Below, piece after piece: positions 1-9,987 of a DNA stretch of 64,000 nucleotides. Both the position numbers and the translations under genes were made by a program. How positions within the stretch are numbered: position 1 is the first letter of the stretch; each line of letters begins with the position of its first letter. This DNA comes from Puniceicoccaceae bacterium (GTDB lineage Bacteria; Verrucomicrobiota; Verrucomicrobiia; Opitutales; Oceanipulchritudinaceae): contig JBFOMH010000003.1 in the NCBI GenBank assembly GCA_040830765.1, positions 96,001-160,000 on the forward strand, written 5' to 3'. The notes below the pieces were generated by a model. That model searched no databases. It worked only from the letters and a program-made list of their open reading frames with translations, and had not been told where the DNA came from.

Positions 1-202
1 CCTGTGAGGTCGAGGGAGTGTACCGATCCGCGAGCAGGTACCAGGCGAGGCTGAGGAGAATCAGCGCCAGAACCACCAGTCCACCCTTGCGGACCGTGGA
101 ACGGGCAGCCGCCTGCTCAGCGGGAGGTTCCACACTGGCAGCTGGTTGCTGTTTCTCGACCGGCTCCTTCTTTTCTATCACTTCCTGTTCCTTCTTACTC
201 AT
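1..202 (-). CDS. HlyD-family secretion/membrane fusion protein, N-terminal part (runs off window)
   Basis: Read by hand: MSKKEQEVIEKKEP...GGLVVLALILLSLAWYLLADRYTPSTSQ; one TM helix then DRxTPxT; the ATG overlaps the end of the outer-membrane factor gene. Confidence 0.75.
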   Translation of the reverse strand, partial: MSKKEQEVIEKKEPVEKQQPAASVEPPAEQAAARSTVRKGGLVVLALILLSLAWYLLADRYTPSTSQ

Positions 203-1751
203 TCGGGGATTCCTCAGTGCTTGCGGGTGAAAGGGTTCCATCCGGCATGGGCTTCCTCAACTGGTCGGCCCAGTCGGTCCGCTCCTCCATGGAGGTCCGG
301 ACCGATTCCGGAATCAACTGGTCGACCGGCATGTCCAGCCAGCCTCCTCCAATGGACTTGTAAAGACTGATCACCGCGCTGATGTGGCTGCTGTCATTGA
401 GCAACTCCCGTTCCGCCTGGGCGGCGACCGCGCGCTGGGCGTCGATAACCCGCTGAAAGTCCGCGAGTCCCTCCCGGTAGCGGGAATTGGCCAATTCCAG
501 AGAGCGACGGGCAGCGGCGGTGGAGGCCTTTTGCGGTTCCTTCTGTTCACGGGTCTTGACGACGCTGATGGCGGCATTGTCAATCTCCTGGGCAGCCAGC
601 AGGACGGCATTTTGAAATGAAACGATTGCCTGCTGCAGGCGGGCATCCTCAATGCGGATATTGTTCCGGATGAGTCCCCCATCAAAAATGTTCCACTGGA
701 TCGCCGGACCGATGCCCAAGGTAACCGTGCTGGCGCTCCCTGCCATTGAGTTGTCGGACCATCCAAGGCTGCCAAGAAGCGAAACCGACGGATAGAGGTC
801 CGTGCCAGCCAGGCCAACCTTCGCCGTCTGGGCAGCAACCAGCCAAACAGAGGCGCGTACATCCGGCCGGCGCAGGAGGTAATTGAGGGGGACATCCTGC
901 AGGGCCACCGGGTCCATCTCCGGGAGCAGGACGGTCTCCTCGTCGAGTTCGGGGAGTTGGCTGGGTGCCCGTCCGAGAAGGACGCAAAGGGCATTGCGCA
1001 ACTGGACCTTGCTGATTTCCAGGCCGGGAAGGGTCGAAAGAGTGGACATGTACTGCGTCTTGGCCTGCTGCAGGTCGAGCTCCGACTGCTCCCCACCCTC
1101 GAATAGCTTGCGGGTAATTTCAAAACTGCGGGCCTGGATGCTCGCGTTGCTCTCAGCGATGGCAATGCGCAACAACGTTGTCCGATAGGCAAAGTATAGA
1201 TCCGCAACCTGGGCGGCGAGGAGTACCTGGGCATTCTGCTGGTTGGCAATGGATGCCATGAATGCCGCGTCGGCGGCCTCCACTCCCCGTTGGTACTTTC
1301 CCCAGAAATCCAGTTCCCAGCCTGCATTCAAGCCAGCCTGGGCGCTGACAAAATCGGTATCCGGAGCACCCGAACGGAGGGAATTAACATAGGTAATGGC
1401 TCCCGTGGCCTGCCGGACTTGTGGACTGCGTGCGGAATCGGCAAGGCCCAGGGAGGCCCGGCTCTCGAGGATCCGCAAGCCAGCCAGCTGCAGGGTCGGA
1501 CTCTCCCTTCTCGCCAGCTCAATCAGTTCCTCCAAAACGGGATCATTGAACACTCTCCACCAGAATTGGAGATCGATGCTCTCCCCGCCCGCCGGACGGC
1601 CAAACTGGCCGTAAAGGTCACCCTCCCATGCTTGCAGGCCCGCAATATCCGGCTCCTGAAAATCCGGCCCAACGACCGTGCATCCGGCAAGGCCCAACAC
1701 GGCGAGGACAAGGGCAGCGACAATCCGCCTGATTGGTTTGGAGAAGGCCAT
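195..1751 (-). CDS. Efflux outer-membrane factor lipoprotein (NodT/TolC family)
   Basis: Lipobox LAGC, WWRVFNDP, WELDFWG, LLRRPDVR, LYKSIGGGW. Confidence 0.92.
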   Translation of the reverse strand: MAFSKPIRRIVAALVLAVLGLAGCTVVGPDFQEPDIAGLQAWEGDLYGQFGRPAGGESIDLQFWWRVFNDPVLEELIELARRESPTLQLAGLRILESRASLGLADSARSPQVRQATGAITYVNSLRSGAPDTDFVSAQAGLNAGWELDFWGKYQRGVEAADAAFMASIANQQNAQVLLAAQVADLYFAYRTTLLRIAIAESNASIQARSFEITRKLFEGGEQSELDLQQAKTQYMSTLSTLPGLEISKVQLRNALCVLLGRAPSQLPELDEETVLLPEMDPVALQDVPLNYLLRRPDVRASVWLVAAQTAKVGLAGTDLYPSVSLLGSLGWSDNSMAGSASTVTLGIGPAIQWNIFDGGLIRNNIRIEDARLQQAIVSFQNAVLLAAQEIDNAAISVVKTREQKEPQKASTAAARRSLELANSRYREGLADFQRVIDAQRAVAAQAERELLNDSSHISAVISLYKSIGGGWLDMPVDQLIPESVRTSMEERTDWADQLRKPMPDGTLSPASTEESPNE

Positions 1752-1754
1752 CAA

Positions 1755-2873
1755 TTACTGGCCAGCCTCGTCCGACTGGAGCTTTGCCGGCTCATCAACA
1801 TCCACCTCATCAACCCAGGCCATGAAGACAACATAACCGATGGCCAGAACCACCGCCCCAATGAAAAGCCCGATGAAGCCGGAAACAATCATGCCGCCGA
1901 GGGCCCCGAGAAGGATCACTGGCATCGGCGCTTCCACGCCGCGGCCAAGCAGCATTGGCTTGAGAATGTTGTCGGCGAGACTGGCGGCGATAAAGTATAC
2001 CGTCAGGACGGCGTTGAGCACGGGCGAGGCATCGCCAACTGCCCAGAGGTAGGCGATGGCCGGAAGGCCAACCAGCAAGGCCGGTATCTGGACAATCCCG
2101 AGGAAAAGCGCAATCAGGGCAAGGATCCCGGCGGCGGGAATGCCGCCGATGATGAAGCCAACCCCGAACAGCAATGCCTGGATAAAGGCCACCCCAAGTA
2201 CCCCCACCGCAACTGAGCGGATGGTCGCCGTGCACAACTTCTGCAGTTTCAGGCCGCGTTCCATCCCAGCCATTCGCTTGAATATCCGGCCCAGGGCGGC
2301 TGACCCGGATGCCCCATAGGCCATCATGACAGCGGCAATGATGAAGGAAACCAGCATTTGCAGGACCGCACCAAGGGCACTGGCGGCTGCTGAAAAGAGC
2401 CACTTCGAAAGGTCGCGAATCTGCGTATTGTAGTCCTGAAGAAACTCAGACATGCTCTCCGCTGCAGCCGACCAGACAGCATAGACCTTTTCCCCGATGA
2501 GCGGCCACTGCTCGACTTCCGGCTCCGGCGGCTCAACCTCGATGGTATTGTTCTCGAATGCAGCCTGGAGAGCTCCCGCCTGCCCGATGAAGGCCGTCGA
2601 AAGGAAAAAAAGCGGAGCACCAACACCAAGAACAGCGACGATGGCCATCAGGGTTGAAGTACGGCCTTGCCGGTTACCGAGACGGGCGGCGATCTTCTGG
2701 TGTACCGGGTAGAGCGCGACTGCGAGTATCAGGGCCCAGAGCATGATGCCGCTGAAAGGAGAAAAGACCCTCACGCAGTAGAAGGCCATGAGGAAGATAA
2801 TCGTAAAGATGATCAGTGCGTCGACGACGGCCCGGGAAAGCAGGCGCGGAGTCATGGATTTTTCCGAATTCAT
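1755..2873 (-). CDS. AI-2E family transporter
   Basis: Multi-TM protein; WALILAVALYP, DNILKPMLLGRG, GALGG...GFIGLFIG; start set at MNSEKS. Confidence 0.88.
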   Translation of the reverse strand: MNSEKSMTPRLLSRAVVDALIIFTIIFLMAFYCVRVFSPFSGIMLWALILAVALYPVHQKIAARLGNRQGRTSTLMAIVAVLGVGAPLFFLSTAFIGQAGALQAAFENNTIEVEPPEPEVEQWPLIGEKVYAVWSAAAESMSEFLQDYNTQIRDLSKWLFSAAASALGAVLQMLVSFIIAAVMMAYGASGSAALGRIFKRMAGMERGLKLQKLCTATIRSVAVGVLGVAFIQALLFGVGFIIGGIPAAGILALIALFLGIVQIPALLVGLPAIAYLWAVGDASPVLNAVLTVYFIAASLADNILKPMLLGRGVEAPMPVILLGALGGMIVSGFIGLFIGAVVLAIGYVVFMAWVDEVDVDEPAKLQSDEAGQ

Positions 2874-3028
2874 AGTATACCTGGATTGAGTAGTGAGAAG
2901 GAGGATCGACCGACAGCAGCCGGACATTGTCAAGGTAAACATACTGCCGCGGTGTTTCTGCCAAATCCTTGGGAATTGGGGACGGAAATGGGTTGAGATG
3001 CTGGAAGACAGTCCTAACATCCATTCTC

Positions 3029-3286
3029 ATGAATAAGAAGGACTGGGTGGAAGGCCTGCTGTTTGCCGGGTTCCGGCTGATGGCGGCAGGATGTGTCCTG
3101 CTGGGCGGCTTGAGTGCCGTTTTTCAGCTCATCGGGGCATGGTACCGGTTTGATCCGAATTACCTCGGTGCCTTCATAGCGGGGACCCTGCTGCGGCCGC
3201 TGGTGCTGGTCGCTGCCGGCATTGTCCTCCATCTCATCTCCGGCAAGCTGGCCCACCGAATGGCCGCCCGTTTCAACCGTTCCTGA
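3029..3286 (+). CDS. Small hypothetical membrane protein
   Basis: 85-aa ORF with two hydrophobic helices, ending 2 nt before the next gene. Confidence 0.55.
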   Translation: MNKKDWVEGLLFAGFRLMAAGCVLLGGLSAVFQLIGAWYRFDPNYLGAFIAGTLLRPLVLVAAGIVLHLISGKLAHRMAARFNRS

Positions 3287-3288
3287 GT

Positions 3289-5115
3289 ATGAACAGGGTC
3301 CGACTGGTCAGCATCTGGCTGGTGGTGCTTGTCGGCACGGCCTATGCCCTGACCGGCGACATTCTGGAACAACCCGCTATTCCGGCCAACTTCCGGGAAC
3401 AGGCGGAGGAGGCTCTTCAGGATCGCTTCTTCCTTCTGGGAACATGGGAATCCGTGCCCAGAACTCCGGACGGTGGGCTCAACTGGGAACACCGAGGGGA
3501 GCGAGGGGACAAGGAACGGGCATGGATGCTCAACCGGCATGAATTCATTCTCTATCTGGCCCTGGCCTGGCAGGAATCAGGCGATGAACGCTACCGTGAC
3601 AAGGGGAATGCACTGCTCACCGACTGGATCCAAGCCAACCCCTACCCCAACCGCCTCACCTTCTCCCCGTCATGGCGGGCCCTTGAGGTGGCCCGGCGAA
3701 TCAACAACGCCTGGCTCCATGTGGCGGCAATACCCGGGTTCCTCGATCCGGAAACGCACTCGCTGATGCTCTCATCGTTGCCTGACCATGCCGACAGCCT
3801 CATGGAGCATGCTTCCTTCTGGGGCGGCAATCACCTGATCACCGAAAAGCTGGCCCTCCTCACCCTTGCCGTGACCTTTCCGGATCTAGAAGACGCCGGC
3901 CAATGGCAGGAACATGCCATCGAGGTCCTGACGGAGCAGTTCATGGAGCAGACCTATCCGGATGGCAGCTACAAGGAACTGAGTAATCATTACCAGCGCG
4001 TTGTTCTCTTCAACGCACGACAGTTCCTAAAGCTGCTCGCGGAGGTTGATCCAGAATTCCGCCAGCGGGAGGTGTACCATCGCATCGAAAAGATGTGGGA
4101 CTTTTTTGCCGGGGTCACCAAACCGGATGGTTATGGCCCCTTGAGCAACGCCTCTGACCGGGAGTTGAATGCCCTCCACCTTGAGGAGGTGTGGAACTTC
4201 CACGATCGGCCGGACTGGCTGGCCATTGCCACCCAAGGGGCCCGTGGGACCATCCCTGAGGGCTCCCCGTCACGCCACTTTCCCTGGGCCGGCCAGGTCA
4301 TCCTGCGCAGCAACTGGGGACCGCGTGCAGACTGGATCTACTTCGATGCCGGTCCCTATGGAACGGCTCACCAGCACATCGACCGCTTCCATGTCAGTGC
4401 GTCCATCAAGGGTCGGCAGGTGCTGACCGACGGCGGCCGCTACACCTACCAGCCAGGGATGTGGCGGGACTATTTCAAGGGCCCGGCTTCCCATAATCTC
4501 ATCCTCCTCGATGGCGAACCAGCCAGACAGGAGACGCGGGAAGTCCCGGAGCCGCTGCCGGTCACTTTTCAGGAAACGGACATAGCTTCTTTCACAGGAG
4601 CCCGCACTCAATTTTCTGATGAGGGGGCCTTCCCCAACTTGCAGGCACCGGCCACCTGGACCCGTTCCATTCTTTATGACCAGCGAGGGTTCGCCCTGAT
4701 CTTGGATCACCTGGTGACCTTCCGCAAACATCAGCTCACCGCCAACTGGCATTTCCATCCGGAAATTACCAATACAGAAGCTCCTCGCTACCTGCGACTG
4801 GTCCATCCGGTGGAAGGGCTTGAGTCAGTGCAGCAAAGAGGCAGCGAGTCTCCTCCGCTGGGCAGTTTTCACAGTACCGACTACAACAGCAGGGAACCAG
4901 CCGTCCTGCTCCGTTTCAGCGGCAAAGTGGATCGCCCCTCCACCTTGGTCTGGTGCCTGCAGGATCCTGAGTCACCCGTAGTGACTATTCAACTACCAGA
5001 TGAGACAGAGGGTCCGGTCGTCAGGCTGGAGATCCTGCTCGACAGACAACCGGCAGCTGAGGCTGTCATCCGGCTATATCCGGAACCGGAACTGTTGGAA
5101 TACACGGCATTCTGA
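3289..5115 (+). CDS. Heparinase II/III-family polysaccharide lyase-like protein
   Basis: Signal peptide; LNRH, WRALEVARR, NH, DG..KELS.HY, H.H.D, DGGRYTY, SHN motifs. Confidence 0.82.
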   Translation: MNRVRLVSIWLVVLVGTAYALTGDILEQPAIPANFREQAEEALQDRFFLLGTWESVPRTPDGGLNWEHRGERGDKERAWMLNRHEFILYLALAWQESGDERYRDKGNALLTDWIQANPYPNRLTFSPSWRALEVARRINNAWLHVAAIPGFLDPETHSLMLSSLPDHADSLMEHASFWGGNHLITEKLALLTLAVTFPDLEDAGQWQEHAIEVLTEQFMEQTYPDGSYKELSNHYQRVVLFNARQFLKLLAEVDPEFRQREVYHRIEKMWDFFAGVTKPDGYGPLSNASDRELNALHLEEVWNFHDRPDWLAIATQGARGTIPEGSPSRHFPWAGQVILRSNWGPRADWIYFDAGPYGTAHQHIDRFHVSASIKGRQVLTDGGRYTYQPGMWRDYFKGPASHNLILLDGEPARQETREVPEPLPVTFQETDIASFTGARTQFSDEGAFPNLQAPATWTRSILYDQRGFALILDHLVTFRKHQLTANWHFHPEITNTEAPRYLRLVHPVEGLESVQQRGSESPPLGSFHSTDYNSREPAVLLRFSGKVDRPSTLVWCLQDPESPVVTIQLPDETEGPVVRLEILLDRQPAAEAVIRLYPEPELLEYTAF

Positions 5116-5192
5116 ATTACCCGGAAGGTTAAAGTTCTTATTGACCCCGGAGGCGCGCTCATCCATGCCCTAATCCTTTTACCGGAATAATC

Positions 5193-6299
5193 ATGCAGGC
5201 AGGAATCGTCGGACTACCCAACGTGGGCAAAAGCACCCTCTTCAACGCGGTCACCCGCACCCGCAAGGCGGAGGCGGCCAACTACCCGTTTTGCACCATC
5301 GAACCGAATGTCGGTATCGTCCAGGTGCCGGACAGTCGTCTGGAGCCACTGGCCAAAATCGCCAAGACGGAGACGATCATCCCGGCGGCGATTGAGTTTG
5401 TCGACATTGCTGGCCTGGTTGCAGGCGCCTCCGAGGGCGAAGGCCTGGGGAACAAGTTTCTGGCCAACATCCGCGAGGTCGATGCCATCATCCAGGTTGT
5501 CCGCTGCTTCGAGGACGAGGACATCATCCACAACATGGGCAGCGTCGACCCGGTGCGGGACATCGAGGTCATCACCACCGAGCTGGTGCTGGCGGACCTG
5601 CAGTCCGTGGATAATCAAATTGAGCGCCAGTCCCGCAAGGCCAAGGGGCAGGACAAGGAAGCTGCGGCTAATGTTGTCCTGCTGGAAAAGGTCCGCGTTC
5701 ACCTCAATGAAGGCAAGCCGGTCAACACCATGGAAGTGGCTGAGGAGGAGCGCCCACGGCTGAAGCAGTTTTTTCTCCTCACTACCAAACCAGTCATTTT
5801 CGCCTGCAACGTGCGGGAAGACGATTTAGCGGACCCGTCAGCCAATCCGTTCGTCAAGGCGGTGGAGGACTATGTCAAGGTGCACCACGACGCCGCCTCC
5901 TGCGTCATCTGTTCCAAGCTGGAAGAGGAACTGAGCGAGATGTCCCAGGAGGAAGCGGACGAATTCTTGAAGGAGATGGGGGTCGAGGACTCCGGGGTGA
6001 GCCAGCTCATCCACGCCACCTACGACCTCCTCGGCCTGGCCAGTTTCCTCACCGCGGGGGAGAAGGAAGTCCGCGCCTGGACCTTCCACAAGGGCATGAA
6101 GGCACCGGAGTGCGCCGGGGTCATCCATACCGATTTCCAGGACGGCTTTATCAAGGCGGAAGTAGTCGCCTATGACGACCTTCTGGCCGCCGGCTCCAAG
6201 GCCCACGCCCGTGAGGCCGGCAAGCTCCGCATCGAGGGCAAGGAATACGTCTTCAAGGACGGGGACGTCGTCGAATTCCGCTTCAACAAGACCAGCTAA
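5193..6299 (+). CDS. ychF: Redox-regulated ribosome-binding ATPase YchF
   Basis: [50 protein letters not shown]. Confidence 0.98.
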   Translation: MQAGIVGLPNVGKSTLFNAVTRTRKAEAANYPFCTIEPNVGIVQVPDSRLEPLAKIAKTETIIPAAIEFVDIAGLVAGASEGEGLGNKFLANIREVDAIIQVVRCFEDEDIIHNMGSVDPVRDIEVITTELVLADLQSVDNQIERQSRKAKGQDKEAAANVVLLEKVRVHLNEGKPVNTMEVAEEERPRLKQFFLLTTKPVIFACNVREDDLADPSANPFVKAVEDYVKVHHDAASCVICSKLEEELSEMSQEEADEFLKEMGVEDSGVSQLIHATYDLLGLASFLTAGEKEVRAWTFHKGMKAPECAGVIHTDFQDGFIKAEVVAYDDLLAAGSKAHAREAGKLRIEGKEYVFKDGDVVEFRFNKTS

Positions 6300-7312
6300 A
6301 GATTCAATTTCCGGTGCACGGCATCGGTGAATTCCATGTAGCGGACACCATCGGCAAAGTTGGTCAGGCGCACGGGCGTACCATTGCGGATGCTGTCGAT
6401 GAAGTCTTCTTCCACCCGCCAGCCGCGACGCTCCTCATCGGGAATCTCAACGGGCTGGCAATTGTCCCCATTTCGGCAGAAAAGGACCTCGTTAGCCTCG
6501 ATCTCCACCCGGATTGTCCCATTGGAACCCACCAGTTTGACAGCATTGGTCCCCGGTCCCGGTTCGATCCCGGAAAAATGGTAGTTGAGGGATGCCCCGC
6601 CACTGAAGCGGCCATAGATATGGAGGCTGTCCGGTAAATCGACGTCCACCGTCTCCCCGCTTTCCCAATGCTTCCGTTGGCGGGTGAAGATTTCCCCGGC
6701 GACGCGCTCGACTTCACAGTCCTCGGTTATCCAACGCTGCACCGCCTCGTGGTAAATCCCGAGGGTCAGCATGTTGATGCCGCTGTATCGGGGGTCCTGC
6801 CGCCACGTCAGCGGCGCCTCCGGGTCGACAAAGGCGGATGTGCAATGGTCGATAAAGACCTCCCGCAATTCCCCGACCTCGCCTGAATCCACCAGCCGCC
6901 GGACGGCCGCATCCAGATCGAGGGTAAACGGGGATGGCACGATCTGGGCCACCAGATGCGGGTTTGCCTCCGATGCTTCGAGCATGCAACGGGCCTCCTC
7001 TAGTGAGCTGGCCATGCGGGCCTCCGTCAGGACGTGCTTGCCGGCGTCGAGCGCGGCAAGGGTCATTTCCGCATGCATGTAGGGCCACGTCCCAATGCAG
7101 ACCGCATCCACAGCGGGATCCGCGATCACGGCCCGCCAGTCAGGAGCAACGCGACCGACGCCAAAAGCGTCCGCCACGGCCCAGGAACTGGCCTCGCTGC
7201 GGTTGGCCACTGAAACCAGCTCCACGCCGTCAATCGCCGCAAAGCCCGGCAAGTGCCGCAGGCGGGTGTTGGCGCCTGCCCCGATGAATCCGATGCCAAT
7301 CCGTTTCTGCAT
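6296..7312 (-). CDS. Gfo/Idh/MocA family oxidoreductase
   Basis: IGFIGAG Rossmann motif, DAVCIGTWPYMH, AGKHVLTE. Confidence 0.9.
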   Translation of the reverse strand: MQKRIGIGFIGAGANTRLRHLPGFAAIDGVELVSVANRSEASSWAVADAFGVGRVAPDWRAVIADPAVDAVCIGTWPYMHAEMTLAALDAGKHVLTEARMASSLEEARCMLEASEANPHLVAQIVPSPFTLDLDAAVRRLVDSGEVGELREVFIDHCTSAFVDPEAPLTWRQDPRYSGINMLTLGIYHEAVQRWITEDCEVERVAGEIFTRQRKHWESGETVDVDLPDSLHIYGRFSGGASLNYHFSGIEPGPGTNAVKLVGSNGTIRVEIEANEVLFCRNGDNCQPVEIPDEERRGWRVEEDFIDSIRNGTPVRLTNFADGVRYMEFTDAVHRKLNL

Positions 7313-7412
7313 CCGGACAGCATCCCCCTTATAGGGGTGGATGACAAGTGTGAGTTGTTCCCATGATTGATTTGACAAGCGACCCCGCAGGACCACCTTA
7401 AATCACCTTCCC

Positions 7413-7967
7413 ATGATTGAGGACCTGGAATCCATTATCGTCACCGAGCAGGAAATTCGCGAACGCGTTGAGGTGCTGGGGAACGAAATCTCCGAGGCTT
7501 ATGCCGATGTCGATGAGCTGACCATCATCGCCGTCATCAATGGGGCTGTCCTGTTCACGGCCGACCTTATCCGGCATATCAGCATCCCCATCCGGATAGA
7601 CTGCATGCGCGTCTCCAGTTACCGCAATGACACCAGTCCGGTCCAGGAACCCGAGATCATCGACATGCTGCGCCTCGATCTCGAGGACGCCCATGTCCTT
7701 ATCATCGACGATATCCTCGATACCGGCCACACCTGCGCCCGGGTCATCAAGGAAATCAAGAAACTCAAGCCGGCCTCCGTCCGCTTCGGGGCTCTCCTCG
7801 AAAAGGAAGGCCGTCGTGAGACCAAGGTGGGGGCCGACTTCGTCGGATTCCAGATCCCGGATGAATTTGTTGTCGGGTATGGGCTCGATTTCGCCGAGCA
7901 ATACCGCCAGCTCCCCTGCATCGGCGTCCTCAAGCCGGAATTGCAGAACCCGCCGACCTATATCTGA
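7413..7967 (+). CDS. hpt: Hypoxanthine phosphoribosyltransferase
   Basis: VLIIDDILDTGHT PRPP loop, VSSY, FVVGYGLD. Confidence 0.95.
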   Translation: MIEDLESIIVTEQEIRERVEVLGNEISEAYADVDELTIIAVINGAVLFTADLIRHISIPIRIDCMRVSSYRNDTSPVQEPEIIDMLRLDLEDAHVLIIDDILDTGHTCARVIKEIKKLKPASVRFGALLEKEGRRETKVGADFVGFQIPDEFVVGYGLDFAEQYRQLPCIGVLKPELQNPPTYI

Positions 7968-7983
7968 GGCCGCCGGGCTTGAT

Positions 7984-8238
7984 TCAGTAATGATATCTCA
8001 GTTGGGCGATAAAGATTGAGTCCGTTTCAACCTTGTAGACCAGCCGATGCTCGGCATTGATCCGCCGGGACCAGTATCCCGATGGCCCATGCCTCAATGG
8101 TTCCGGCTTCCCGATCCCCTGATAGGGGTCACGCTCAATGGCTTTCAGGAGCTTGTTGACTTTGACGAGCGTTTTCCGGTCATTTCGTTGCCAGTAAAGA
8201 TAATCTTCCCACGCATTGTCGGAGAATATCTTCTTCAT
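7984..8238 (-). CDS. yoeB: Txe/YoeB family toxin
   Basis: AWEDYLYWQ, GIGKPEPL, WSRRINAEHRLVY, C-terminal RYHY. Confidence 0.95.
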   Translation of the reverse strand: MKKIFSDNAWEDYLYWQRNDRKTLVKVNKLLKAIERDPYQGIGKPEPLRHGPSGYWSRRINAEHRLVYKVETDSIFIAQLRYHY

Positions 8239-8489
8239 TCTTCAACCAATTCCCTTTCCTGTCCCTTGCCGCGTTCCAGCTGCTCGATCGATTCCAGCAG
8301 GCGCTTCGCGTTTTTTGGACTTCTCAGCAAGTAGGTGGTCTCTTCCATTGCTTCATAGTCCTCCAGGGATATCATCACCACTGCCTTCGTCCCCTTCTTG
8401 GTGATAATCACAGGGGCATGATCTTCGCAAACTTGGGTGATCGTTCCGGCCAGGTTTTCCCGCGCCTGGGAATAGGTTATGGATTTCAT
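8235..8489 (-). CDS. yefM: Phd/YefM family antitoxin
   Basis: ITYSQARENL, PVIITKK, SLEDYEAMEETTYLLRSPKNAKRL; 4-nt overlap with yoeB. Confidence 0.95.
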   Translation of the reverse strand: MKSITYSQARENLAGTITQVCEDHAPVIITKKGTKAVVMISLEDYEAMEETTYLLRSPKNAKRLLESIEQLERGKGQERELVEE

Positions 8490-8509
8490 GTTGTACAACA
8501 TCTTGTACA
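8488..8509. promoter_or_regulatory. YefM-YoeB operator: two TGTACA cores
   Basis: 14-bp palindrome ATGTTGTACAACAT (8488-8501) plus a second TGTACA at 8504-8509, cores 12 bp apart, abutting the yefM start. Confidence 0.8.
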
Positions 8510-8547
8510 TTAAGAATGGGGTCAATTGGTTTTCTTCAAACAGCACT

Positions 8548-8877
8548 TTATGGTACCAGGGACTCCAAGGTCTCGGAAATCGTCATTCCGCGCTTCCTGG
8601 CATGACGCTTAAGCCGCTCATGTATCTCTGGTTTCATCCGAAACTGGTAGGACTTGCGCCCGGACGGCTTGCGTCCGCTGCCCTCCCGTCGGCCCCCATG
8701 GGTAGTCGTCTTGCTCCAGTCGATGAAGGCATCGATCTCATCCGATCCTTCATCAAAGAGCTTCTCGAACGCTTGCCATGAAATTGTCCGCTTCCCGTCA
8801 AGGCTAGTGATGCTGTTGCCAGAGGTGGATTTCCGCCGCTCGGCTGCGACGTATTGAGATGATGCGGATTTTTTCAT
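8548..8877 (-). CDS. BrnA-like antitoxin (start uncertain)
   Basis: Downstream of and overlapping brnT; FEKLFDEG..IDAFIDWSK acidic segment, GGRREGSGRKP, RHH-like C-terminus. Confidence 0.65.
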   Translation of the reverse strand: MKKSASSQYVAAERRKSTSGNSITSLDGKRTISWQAFEKLFDEGSDEIDAFIDWSKTTTHGGRREGSGRKPSGRKSYQFRMKPEIHERLKRHARKRGMTISETLESLVP

Positions 8878-9073
8878 GTCGATAGGTTATGATTGCGCTC
8901 CAGAATTTTCCTCGAATTTGACCCACGGTGAGATACCTCTGTTCTTCAGGAAATTCGAGATGGGTCTCTGTTGTTCGCCCTTCCCACAAGCTCCGGGCTT
9001 CTTCAAAGTCAATCCCGTGCTTTTCCCGATTTCGCAGGCTCTTTTCCGGATCATATTCAAACGAATAGTTCAA
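8804..9073 (-). CDS. brnT: BrnT family toxin
   Basis: FEYDPEKSLRNREKHGIDFEEA, EQRY..VG, IRIISIRR. Confidence 0.9.
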   Translation of the reverse strand: MNYSFEYDPEKSLRNREKHGIDFEEARSLWEGRTTETHLEFPEEQRYLTVGQIRGKFWSAIITYRHEKIRIISIRRSRAAEIHLWQQHH

Positions 9074-9279
9074 TTATCAAGAGAGTTCAAGTTGAAATAT
9101 TGTGTGCCTCTTTCAAGTTGCCTGTAAACGTGCCGCACCTCTGACTCACCTCAACCCAGCCTGAGCATCCCCGCCGGAAACGGAAGTCAACTATCCACCC
9201 ATATTCAGGCAGTCCGGGTCCCTTTCTTTTTTCTTGCCATCCCCCGCTGGCGGAATTGCCTTTTCCCTTTCCTTTTGGC

Positions 9280-9355
9280 GGACGGTTAGCTCAGTTGGTA
9301 GAGCAGGAGACTTTTAATCTCTTGGTCCGGGGTTCGAGTCCCCGACCGTCTACCA
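9280..9355 (+). tRNA. tRNA-Lys (anticodon TTT), 76 nt with encoded CCA
   Basis: Acceptor GGACGGT/ACCGTCT, D-arm GCTC-AGTTGGTA-GAGC, anticodon arm GGAGA-CTTTTAA-TCTCT, T-arm CGGGG-TTCGAGT-CCCCG. Confidence 0.97.
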
Positions 9356-9444
9356 ATCGACGCGCTACGCTTGCTCATGGCAGGCCAATTGTTCGGGGTT
9401 CGACCCAACGGATTTACTCGTAAAAGATTAATTCAACCTTGACT

Positions 9445-9468
9445 ATTCGTTATTCGCGAATAACGAAT
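9445..9468. promoter_or_regulatory. Perfect 24-bp palindrome, probable autoregulatory operator
   Basis: ATTCGTTATTCG|CGAATAACGAAT, between TTGACT (9439-9444) and the ATG at 9475. Confidence 0.75.
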
Positions 9469-9474
9469 TATGGT

Positions 9475-9987
9475 ATGGCATTAAAATCACAAGATCTGGT
9501 TGTGGCCCTGAAGTTGTGCCTTGGCGGGTCGGCATTGCCATATGCGGACCTGTCAAGGCAACTGTTGATAAGCGCTTCAGAGGTGCATGCGGCAGTAAAG
9601 CGCTTGGAGGAAGGGGGACTGATTCGGCCCGGCAGCAAGGAGGTCCTGAAACAGCCGCTTCTAAACTTAATCCAATACGGGATAGCGGCTGTATTCCCGG
9701 CCAAGCCGGGAGAGCCGACAAGAGGCATCCCCACGGCGTGGGCTTCGCCCGCTCTTTCAGGAAGCTTCCAGTCATCTGAAAAGGAGCAACCCGTCTGGCC
9801 GGATCCGGAGGGATCGGTGCGTGGGAATGCGGTCGTGCCCCTTCATCCATCCGTGCCAAAGGTGGCCAAGGCAGATTCTCAATTGTATGCGCTTCTGGCG
9901 ATGTTGGATGCTGTTCGCATAGGCCGTGCGAGGGAGCGGAATCTTGCCAATGAGCTGCTAAAAAAGGAGTTGCTGCAAAATGGTTGA
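9475..9987 (+). CDS. HTH-containing putative antitoxin/regulator (AbiEi-like)
   Basis: N-terminal wHTH-like YADLSRQLLISASEVHAAVKRL; C-terminal VFPA.PG..RGIPTA, VWP, DAVRIGRARER; overlaps the downstream nucleotidyltransferase gene. Confidence 0.6.
   Translation: MALKSQDLVVALKLCLGGSALPYADLSRQLLISASEVHAAVKRLEEGGLIRPGSKEVLKQPLLNLIQYGIAAVFPAKPGEPTRGIPTAWASPALSGSFQSSEKEQPVWPDPEGSVRGNAVVPLHPSVPKVAKADSQLYALLAMLDAVRIGRARERNLANELLKKELLQNG

Noticed and set aside
371..2216. Alternative ORFs 371-1327 (-) and 1290-2216 (+)
   Set aside because: Off-frame or antisense shadows of the efflux and AI-2E genes.
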